A DNA stretch of 39,429 nucleotides from NCBI GenBank assembly GCA_001179505.1, contig CDMY01000629.1, positions 1-39,429 of the forward strand, in the 5' to 3' direction. A program made the translations under genes and the position numbers. This document shows positions 10,683 through 20,291 of this stretch, in pieces. How positions within the stretch are numbered: position 1 is the first letter of the stretch; the number at the start of each line of letters is the position of its first letter. The notes beneath the pieces were generated by a model. It was not told the origin of the DNA. It saw only the letters and a program-made list of their open reading frames with translations, and did not search any database. Source of the DNA: Vitrella brassicaformis CCMP3155. Lineage: Eukaryota; Protista; Chromerida.

Positions 10683-11070
10683 ATGAAATTTCCCTCCTCC
10701 TGGCGGGACTCGCTCGCGTTCGCGAAACGAAATGCATGCAAAGCCCCCAAGCTCGCATGCAAGCCCCCACAAGGGAACCGAAGGAAGTGCTAGCTTGGCC
10801 CCAATTACGGACGGACAAACACTTTGTTTCGTATGAAATTTCCCTCCTCCGTCGGGCTGGCGGGACTCGCTCGCGTTCGCGAAAGAAATGCATGCAAAGC
10901 CCCCAAGCTCGCATGCAAGCTCCAAAAGGGAACCGAAGGAAGTGCTAGCTTGGCCCCAATATATATATCACGGACGGAGGAATTGTTTCGTAAGAGCGTG
11001 CCACGCTCGCTAAAAGCTCGCGAGTCCCGAAAGAGCGTGCCGCGCTCCGACAAAGCTCGCGAGTCCCGAA
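10683..11070. promoter_or_regulatory. Divergent intergenic region of the ASST pair with tandem repeats (2 x about 150 bp, then 2 x about 36 bp)
   Basis: atgaaatttccctcctcc...gtgctagcttggccccaat at 10683-10805 and 10833-10960; agagcgtgcc..gctcgcgagtcccgaa twice at about 10994-11070; atatatat at about 10961. Confidence 0.75.
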
Positions 11071-11348
11071 AGGTGTCATTGTGATTCGCAAAAATGACTC
11101 GCCGGCGGGTGGAACGACTGACTTCTCATGATAAAACAGTCTTCTTGCCAGCGTCAGGCAAGCCTTGAGTGGTTTTACAGGCACGAATACATACTATTGC
11201 AAGACGGCCAGAAAGCACTCTCGACAAACATGTGGATATTCGTTGCCAGGCATTTTCGTGTGCTCTCCGTCTGGCCGATCGCCTCCCATTACTCGGGGGC
11301 CCCTCCCCCCTCGTGACAGTTCGTTTGCGTGGGGTCCCATCGATTAAG

Positions 11349-13977
11349 ATGTCAAGCACTCTCGTTCTGCTGTGTATCTTCTGTATACAATGGCGTCAGG
11401 GCGGCGCCATCACTGATGGAGAAGCGGCCCAACGCAATACTGAACAAGTGCTACAGGCACTTAGAGCCATAGGTGTCGACCCCAAGAGAGGACCACCGCA
11501 GCTCAGAGCCGAAGACGACCCGAAGAATATTCCCAAGCCCTCTGTCAACCTACAGGCGTTGAGGAAGGAGACTCCCTTTGTCTATGCACATCCGCTTCCT
11601 GGTGCCATTCTCGTGTCTCCTCTGACGAGCATCGCTTTTCGGCCGGCGGACAAAGTGGACAGAGACAGCATTCAAAAAAAAATACTTGTCCGAGGTGATG
11701 TCTCGGGCAATCATGATGGAGAGACGCGGTTGCTGAGTGACCACCGAACCGTCTATTTCGTACCCGACGTGGCCTTCATGCCTGGCGAGTCTGTTAGCGT
11801 AATGGTAGAGAAGGGAATCATGACTGAAGATGGAGATTCACTCCCTCCCTCCTCGTGGAGCTTCAACATGTCATGGAGAGGCTTGGACACTTACCGCCGA
11901 GATGCAGGGATCAAAGTGCCAGAAAGCTCCATCAGTGAGGCTTCTTCGCCCGAGACGCTGCGTCTGTTTAGAAAAGCAGAGGCTTCTTCGCCCGAGACGC
12001 TGCGTCTGTTTAGAAAAGCTGAAGATATCGACTGGTTATTGGGCATCCCTGGTGTTGGTCAGCGAGAAACTGAGGCAGACGATATGGACGAGGTCAACGA
12101 CATCGATTGTGGTGAACCGGAGCCTTCAGATGATGAGAGACAGTTCTACGCTCCCAGCTGCTTGTACAGGCAAGATGAGTGATTCATTCAGGGTTATCCG
12201 TGGTCTGCTTCCTTAGTTTCATTCCGCTGCGTCCCCTTCAGGACTCTTCCTTCGAACTACCCCCGTGCGCGAGTGACTCTTCAAGGCAACCTCACAGAAT
12301 TGTCAGATGGCTACGTATTCACACTAGGACCGGAACCTGGGGGCCAAAAGCCTGTTTTTCACATCATCATGACAGCGCGGGGCGATCCAGTCTACTATGA
12401 TCGAAGCAGCGATCACCTCGAGCCTACGCACAACGGGCAGCTTACGCGGTGGTAGTCGGGACTACGCACACCGAGAACGCACATCAGGACTCGAGGAGGG
12501 GCCGCGAGGATCCTCGGTCCTGATTATGCCGAGCGGGCACGATTCTTCGTCAAACACGGAGGAAGTACGGACTGTTCCTAAGGTGCCACTTAATTGGCGA
12601 AACCTGTGTCACAGGTATGAATGGACACGACTTTCAGCTCACAAAAGATGGCAACGGACTGATGTTCACGTAAGTATCGCCTTTAGTTTCTGTCCTGGCC
12701 TCGCCGTTGCATCGCCAGAAGTATTTGCCACAGTGATATTTCGTGTCCTTGCATCAGCTATGATGTCCACATATTGAAGGTTGATGATTTCCATTTGGGT
12801 GTCAAAGGAGAGAAGGGCGTGATCGGCACTGCAGTCCAGGAAATTACCCCAACAGGAGAAGTTGTGTTCGAATGGAGATCATGGGACCACCTGCCGCTCA
12901 GTCTTTGGGAGAGTGAAGGGCGCCATCCCGAAATCTGGGACCTGTTGCACTCAAATGCGATTGTAGAAGCTCACAATGGCCATATCCTGCTATCGTAAGC
13001 TCTGTCTCGTTGAAGAATGAATAAGCATGATAGCTATCTTTTCAGGATGAGGAAAATGTCGCAGATTGCAAAAATCGACAGGTTCGAGAAAGGGTCAGAC
13101 GCAAGCCGTTCAAGAAGTGCATGTTGACGTGCAGAGATTCTGGTGAGGTCTTGTGGCGCCTCGGCGGGAAGGGAGGCAACTTCAGGTGAGCTCGAATGTT
13201 CAGGGAATGAAGTGCTCGTCTAGGAGCACATGTGTGTGTTTCAGAATCCTGAACGATACGAGAGGCTATTTCATCGGGCAACATGATGTGAGAGACCTCG
13301 GCAAACCAGAGGGCAAACAGCAAATCAGCATCTTTGACAACGGGGTTATCGCGGCAGACGGAAAAGCAAGGAGAGGATCACGAGGCGCTGAGTATGACTT
13401 GCATTTCGATAGCCATGGTCGTCCATTGAATGCCCGGCTGGTGAATTCATACGATACAGGCATCCTCGCATACGCGAAAGGCAGCTACAGGCGAATGCCC
13501 AATGGCAACGGTGTGTATTGTTTGGGGGTGGGTGTGAAGCAGCCGAGGGTATGGACTGCCAATCCTTTCTACATCGAGAAGGATTCCTCAGGCCGCGAAT
13601 TGGTTAGAATGGAATGGGATCTGCACGTGTACCGCCACTTTCTAGAAATCTATCGAGCGATCAAGGCTCCTTGGATCGGGACCCCTGCGTGGCCGCCGAC
13701 AGCTCTCTTGGATGACAATAACAAAGCGAAGACCCTTCGGCTTCATTTCTCTTGGAATGGAGCTACCAGGTTGCAAAGATGGCGGATTGTCACAGGTGAT
13801 AGCGCGAAAGAGCCTTTGACATTTGTGTATGCGGAGGTCGAGAAAAGGCAGTTCAAGCACTGGGTGAATATACAGGAGGGAATGGAGAAATGCCGGTACT
13901 TCCAGGCCATCGCTCTTGATGATGAGGGAGAGGAATTGAGCCGATCGCCTGTAGTTAAGACAACGCCATGTATGTAA
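11349..13977 (+). CDS. Secreted aryl-sulfate sulfotransferase (PAPS-independent ASST) with N-terminal Big_5/SbsA Ig-like domain (about 739 aa)
   Basis: Exons 11349-12169, 12242-12451, 12488-12564, 12615-12669, 12758-12994, 13046-13081, 13135-13185, 13245-13977 (2220 nt, in frame). Signal peptide; catalytic-type motifs NGHDFQLT, DLLHSNAI, SMRKMSQI, GQHDVR, ISIFDNG; W(R)LGG repeats of the beta-propeller. Confidence 0.88.
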
Positions 13978-14493
13978 TTGGGCTTTAGGAGACAGGCACC
14001 TGGATGCCTCAACACAGTTGGAAGACTCGATTCGAGGGTATATGGAGTGATGATATCCTCTGAGCCTGAAGGAAAGATTGTGTGTGCGTGGTCGGTGGTG
14101 TCACTGGAAGATACGCCAGGTGGGCGCGGATGATGGTGCTGGCATGTTTGTCGCGTGATTGACAGTCGGTCGATTCTCACAAATCATTTCATGAGACATC
14201 GTCGGACTCTGGCTGCCGTTGCCCTCTGTGTCAATGCATCTTCCCCGCCCTGGCAATGATACATTTCCAAATTATGCGTGCAATGCAGGACAATAGAATG
14301 CAGGCAAAGCGCAGGACACAAATGTACGCACACACGATGTGTAATACTAAGTTTCGTGTCGCCATCGGCTTTTTGTCCGCCTGGACGGGGTCCACGCCAT
14401 GCGTTTCTTTTGCGTCATGTACCTCCATGCCTCATCGCCCATGTTTGACGCCGGTTCCTTGTTCGGTTCGAGCTCTGCTAGGACACGACCAGA

Positions 14494-15248
14494 GACTGCA
14501 AGAAAATGCATGTCGCACACTGCAAAGAAGCGCAAGGCATGCAGCCCAGCACACACAGCATCCAGATCCAGCGAGCCAACTCACATCCCCGGAGCGGGGC
14601 TGGTGCGTGGCCTGTAGGGCCCGCGGCTGACGAAGTCCTCGGGCAAACGCGCTGGCCCTCCGTTGCCCACTGGCGGCCGTAGGGCGTTGTGCACGACTCG
14701 CCACCTGGAACGCCTTCCAATGTGCTTCACCAGCTCGACGGACAGAAGCTGGCTCCAATGGTTGACAACGCTCTCTTGGAAAGCTGCGTCCTCCTCTGTG
14801 GGAATGGAGGTGGGGCGGGGCTTCCGCTTGGCGAGCACCTTGAGAATCCATCGCCTTCTGCCCATCTGCCGAGTGTCTCCGCAGCGAGAGGCACAAAGCG
14901 GAGGCCGGCTGCCTGGGCGGTCGGACCATACTTGTCGATCTTGTCCTTCTCCGCAGGCTGAGCAGTCTTGCCACCTGGAAGTTGTGCGCTGCGCCGGATG
15001 ACTGTCCGGTGGAAGGGGATGGGGGAGTCGTCAGGCCGGCAGTGGTGGGCGATGGTGACATCGAGCAAGTGGTTACTGCCGTCGATCACACAATAGATGT
15101 CCATCCACTGGCTGTTGGGTCGTCGTCGGGTGGCGTGACGCCGAGGCTGTGCACAAAAGGAGCAAACAAGCCAGACAGATTGTTGTCTCGTGAGTCGCTA
15201 CCGGCCGGTGTGACACACGCAGTAGTGATCGCCAAACTCTTTTGTCGT
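14494..15248 (-). mobile_element. Second, decayed copy of the same REL non-LTR retrotransposon family
   Basis: FGDHYCVCHTGR*, MDIYCVIDGSNHLLDVT, EKDKIDKY, FVPLAAETLGRW; stop codon, frameshifts and an internal deletion relative to 5523-6590; the proximal 3' UTR is also shared. Confidence 0.88.
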
Positions 15249-15250
15249 CC

Positions 15251-15470
15251 CACGTGTCAAGTGGCGGGTCTCTTTTGCACGCTTAGGAAGAAATACATTT
15301 GTCAGATCTATTGTTGCGCTTGAAGCCGGCGCCAAAAGCATTAGGGCCGCGACAGTGTTGCGCCCTGCCTCTGGTTGTGACCGGGGAAGGGGGAAGATTG
15401 AGACAAACAGAAGTCCACGTGTGTGAAAAAGGCATGTGTATGCCCTTGGCTTTTTCTCCTTGATCACCCA
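15251..15470. repeat. Dispersed repeat module D, direct copy at about 19597-19750
   Basis: Shared blocks cacgt..caagtg..ggtct.ttttgca, ggggaagattgagacaaa.agaag...cgtgtgtg.aaaa, tttctcct.gat. Confidence 0.7.
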
Positions 15471-15625
15471 ATTTGGGTGCTTCGCCATTATCGATGGTCA
15501 AGAAGTCTGGCTTTCGACATTCAAAACTGTCGAACGTGCGATTTGTGCAAGCACCCTATGTATAAGCGATGTCCTATCGGACTGATGAAAATGAATCGCT
15601 GAATACTTCCGCAATGGTACACCGA

Positions 15626-15990
15626 TCAGCCCCGATCAATGAAAGCTAGAATGTCTCTGGTCTTTACCAATACATGAAGAACACCGTTGTACGCGACCTA
15701 CAACACAACACGCAGATACCATGGGCAGGCAAATCACTATCTTCTCTTCCACACCTCGCGCCCGAGGTGATCGCCGTAGGCTGTGAATATTACGCGGTCT
15801 CCGGCCACGACTTGGCCAGCCCTACTGGTTCCTGTGGGTGTAGCAACCACTGTGCCTGTCACTGGCGCGTTGTTCTTCTGCATCTGAGGGAAAAAATTGC
15901 GAATAGCATAGTATCCTTTGCTCTCTTCTCCTCACCTCCTTCGGCAACAGGACGCACGGCGGGTGAGACCATTCAAGCCTTTCGGTCGGT
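15626..15990 (-). CDS. Divergent GroES/Cpn10-like co-chaperonin (3' exons; 5' end unresolved, possibly to about 16675 or beyond)
   Basis: Exons 15936+, 15755-15883 and 15626-15697 joined by phase-0 GT-AG introns give VLLPKE-MQKNNAPVTGTVVATPTGTSRAGQVVAGDRVIFTAYGDHLGRE-VAYNGVLHVLVKTRDILAFIDRG*, matching the GroES pattern G.VVA...V..GD.V.F..Y....V...G....lv...DILA. Confidence 0.65.
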
Positions 15991-17189
15991 TCGGTAGAAG
16001 GACAAGTCCCCTACGTGACTCACAAGGGATTTCGGTTCGGTGCGGATCTCAGGTAGGTCCCGGTGGACAAGCGCCAGGGAAAGCCCGTGATGAGATGTTC
16101 TTCGGTATTGGTGCTTAGATCTGCAGACAGAGACAAACACACAGCCATTGAGGGTCCCCAGATGCCTTGATGCCTCACAGAAGGCTGTCTCCAGGAAATC
16201 GACAGGCTTTTTTCCCTTACTTCAGCCGCATCAGTCTCTCTCATCCTCTCTTTTCGGTACCCACCTCCTAGCGCAACGGCAGGCCGAGTCTGTCAGTCTC
16301 TCATGAAATGAACTGCAGGTTGAACCTTCCTGGTCGCTTCGGTTCGGCAGGCAACCCCGGAGGTTGGTAGCGAAAACTGCTCTCAGAGGGCCATTTCGCT
16401 TCGGCAACCCGGGAGGTTGTTTGACTCTACCTCATCCGGTCCGCCTGCTCGAGCGAAAAGCCATGGTTCTCCCCGCTCCAGTCTTCTTTTCACCTGATGA
16501 GGATGTAGCCTTGCACGGGGAGGAAAGGCTGAGTAAGCTTCAATCCCTCAAGGTCATGTTCTGCTCTGAATTCATCAGGCGCAAGGTATGGCGGACACCC
16601 ACAAGCCGAAGGGCCCAGTGGGGTGCCGTCATAAATGCTGCGTCCACAAGAATCCATAGATGAGCAAAGAAACATGCCGAGGCAAGCTGTGCGCGGTGCA
16701 CGACCCTCCCAGTGGATGGGGCGATTGCGCGTTTGACGGAGAATGCGGATGTGTCAAAAAAGAAAAACGTCGTTCACACCATCCATGCGATGAATTAAAG
16801 ATACACATATAATTGCATGCATGTCCTTCTCCCTTTTGTAGCTGTGTGTGTGTGTGTGTCTGTGCGCGGATGTGTCTGTGCGCGGATGTGTCATGATAGG
16901 TAGGAACACTAACAGGCACACAGGTAAGGACAAGACGCACAGCACAAATCATGAAGTGGGGGGAAGGGCGGATAATGAGGGGGACAGACAAACAGCGCAG
17001 ATCAACAAACAAGTGATTTACCGCTAAATGTCGAAAAATGACCGGTGAGAAGACTATGTCGAGCCTATTGGCACGATAGCTAGCCCATTGGCCCACGCTC
17101 TCCAGGTGCTTGCCCAGAGTCGTGACGAAACCAGCCCATCGTTGGACGGTTTCCTGGTCGTGTCTTTGTCCTTTGTGTCGATGGCGGCT

Positions 17190-17679
17190 CCGAACTTCGC
17201 AGACACAGAAGAGAGAGGCGTTGTTGTGTGCGAGATGTGTGTGTGGGTGGGTGGGTGGCGTGTGTATACACATGGTACCTTACCTGATGTCGATTCGCGC
17301 TGACGACCCTGACCACTGAGGCCACGGCTTTTTCACCGTCGTTGGTGACGGCAAACCTGATGCACGTAGAGATCTCATGCAAGCGACATCAGCGACGCAC
17401 ACAGCCAGATGGTCGTCATGTGGAAGGCACGATGCCGAACTTCGCAGACACAGAAGAGAGAGGCGTTGTTGTGTGCGAGATGTGTGTGTGGGTGGGTGGG
17501 TGGCGTGTGTATACACATGGTACCTTACCTGATGTCGATTCGCGCTGACGACCCTGACCACTGAGGCCACGGCTTTTTCACCGTCGTTGGTGACGGCAAA
17601 CCTGATGCACGTAGAGATCTCATGCAAGCGACATCAGCGACGCACACAGCCAGATGGTCGTCATGTGGAAGGCACGATG
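17190..17679. repeat. Near-exact tandem duplication, 2 x 245 bp, with a third partial copy at about 18144-18225
   Basis: ccgaacttcgcagacacag...tggaaggcacgatg starts at 17190 and again at 17435. Confidence 0.92.
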
Positions 17680-18742
17680 CCTCTCTGTTTGCCCTTGTTT
17701 ACCTGGCTTTGCCATTCTTTGCCATCGGGCAAGCGAGTGGGGCCGTTTACCATAAGCCTTCTTAACTTGGAGTGTGCAGCCACTTGAGGGTGTTCTTATA
17801 GTGCGCAGCCACCTGACGGTGCTCTTATCTCAGGAAGTTACGACCGAAGTCGCCTGATTCTTATGTAATGGTAGGAGAGGAGGGGCGATGGTGGATGTAT
17901 TACCTGCAGCAGACAGGCACGCACAAAGCACCACACGCATGGGATGGATGAAAGCCTTCTTAAGTCCTGCCTACCATTGTCTTTTGCTTAGACGTATGGT
18001 GGTCGTTCGGGCGACAAATCGTGTCTTCACGACCAGGCAAAGATCGATTGCCTGACTGACCAGCCACAGACAGACAGACAGACAGAAAAGGAGAGTGAGG
18101 GAGGGTGCTGTGTTTATGCATGTGTGTGTGTGTGTGTTCGCGTGTGACGGCACACCTGATGCACGTAGAGATCTCATGCAAGCGACAACAGCGACGCACA
18201 CAGCCAGATGGTCGTCATGTGGAAGCCACCATGTGGATTTGCCATCGGGCAGGCGAGTGGGACTTTGTACGAGGAAGAGAGAGGTCGACCACACAGGCCG
18301 TCTGGCTCATCTGGCTCGTCGCCTGTGTCAAAACCACGCCGCAAAACTCTCCTACTTGCGAGCTTAAAGGCGACCTCTCGATGGAACCCCCGCGAACGCG
18401 GGTCGACGAACGGGTACGAGGGGGTGGGAACCCCCTCGTAACGGAAGGCGATCGGAAAGGGACACCTTACAAAATGTCGCGGAACGAAAGGGTCCACACT
18501 AACTTCTAATTAGCTCGCATAGCTCGCACCGGTCGAGCCCTTCTCTCGAAAAGCCAGATGGGTAGCATCGTGTGAGGCGATTTGGCGGCCATTCTGAAGA
18601 CCTGGGGAAGCCGAATGAAGAGGTGCTTGCTCCGTGAATTACGATGCTGGCCGAGAAACCAAGAATCGGCTGCACTTGTGTACGTGACTGAAGAGAGGGC
18701 GTAGACAGGAAAGGGAGGTGGCAATTTGGACGACGCAGTGTC

Positions 18743-18792
18743 GCCCCCTCCCCCTTGAATGGGGGAGGGGGCTCATTCAAGGGGGAGGGGGC
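18743..18792. other. 19-bp perfect inverted repeat overlapping a four-tract G-quadruplex motif
   Basis: gccccctcccccttgaatg (18743-18761) / cattcaagggggagggggc (18774-18792); G5-a-G5-ctcattcaa-G5-a-G5 at 18761-18791. Confidence 0.85.
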
Positions 18793-18868
18793 TGCAAAAG
18801 GTCAGCTTCCATGAGCCAATGGTCAGAAGCAGAAGAGAGCGCGTCGACCACGGATGGATTGAAGGTGA

Positions 18869-19121
18869 TGATGGCCGTCACGTTGGATTCCGGCACACAG
18901 ATCTACTCGTTTGAGCGCTCGTGTGTTTGTCTGGCAGGCCTGTTGATGTTTCGTTTGGCCGCATTGCCGCCTTCTCTACTGCACGGTGAGCTGATGGCCG
19001 TCACGTTGGATTCCGGCACACAGATCTACTCGTTTGAGCGCTCGTGTGTTTGTCTGGCAGGCGTGTTGATGTTTCGTTTGGCCGCATTGCCGCCTTCTCT
19101 ACTGCACGGTGAGCTGGTGGC
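18869..19121 (+). repeat. Tandem duplication, 2 x 123 bp
   Basis: tgatggccgtcacgttggattcc...cacggtgagc starts at 18869 and 18992; gives a 41-aa repeat in ORF 18718-19245. Confidence 0.92.
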
Positions 19122-20291
19122 CGCGACGCAGTACTTCAGCTTATACACGTATGCTCCCACATGTGTCCCACATGTGTGCTCCGGTATGCGGGTCTCCTCG
19201 CATTCATGTGTCTGCGCCATTGATCCGTGTATCCATAGCATCTGAACACAAAGCTTTTGTCGTGTCCATGATTGTGTGTGTCCTTGCGTGTTTTATTGTT
19301 AATTACCACGTCGACGGAAGGGAATGCAGTGAGTGTCTATACAGCGTAAAGACATATTGAGCCGGTCAGGTAAATATGGGTCAGAAGGTAGAAGTGCGAG
19401 AGATGTCTGACTATGCTAAAGGTCTGTTGGAGCTGGTCCGCCGCTCCTCGCCCTTCCTTATGTCGCACCACTAGCGGTGGGATACCGATGGTGTAGAATT
19501 CATATTGTGTCTTTCTTGGCCGTTCCTCCCTCTATCCCAGTCTGTCTCCCTTCATGCTTCTCTTCCCACATCCCTTCCAATGGCCTTTGGTGTCGCGCAC
19601 GTCCCAAGTGAGGTCTTTTTTGCAGACCTATCCCTCTTACGATTAATGATGGGGGGGAGGGGGAAGATTGAGACAAATAGAAGCTCTCGTGTGTGGAAAA
19701 ACCCTCAAAGCATGAGAAACCCCATGCGTTTCTCCTCGATGCATGCACGAGGTTTTCTCTTTCCGAAAAGAGATCTGGGCGACCCGTCATGTAGCTCAGT
19801 ATCAGCACACGAAGTTTCAGCTTTCCAAGAGGGCATTTTCATCAAGTCCGTTACGCCATCCGCCATATGCGATTCGCGGACGACGGAGAAAAACTAGCCT
19901 AGAGCACTCCCCCAGCTGGTGCTTTTGGGGGGTCGTGAATATGGTCGGTTACCTACGGACCTAGAATTTTGAGCTTGCAGCAGACGTCCGTTTTCTCCAC
20001 TGGAAGGCCACGTCACTCCGTGCAGACCCCAGGAAACACCGGGGCCTCTATGTCTGTCGCCGACTATGTGTCGCTCGGCTGTGGTGTGGTGACACCCCCA
20101 CCACCAAATTTTTCCCGACGTGTCTCTGCGTTATCATGACGGACCAATGAGTGATTGACCTGGATATATCAATGCATTCGTTGCGTTGGTATTGGCTCTT
20201 TCACCTCATCGTGTCTCGATGTCCCAACGCATACGTACGTCTGCCTTCGCGGCTGTCTCTCATCTGAACAAGTGCTTATCTACTTGGCAAA

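Noticed and set aside
16490-16675. Kinase-like PYLAPDE motif
   Set aside because: No other kinase subdomains (HRD, DFG, GxGxxG) nearby
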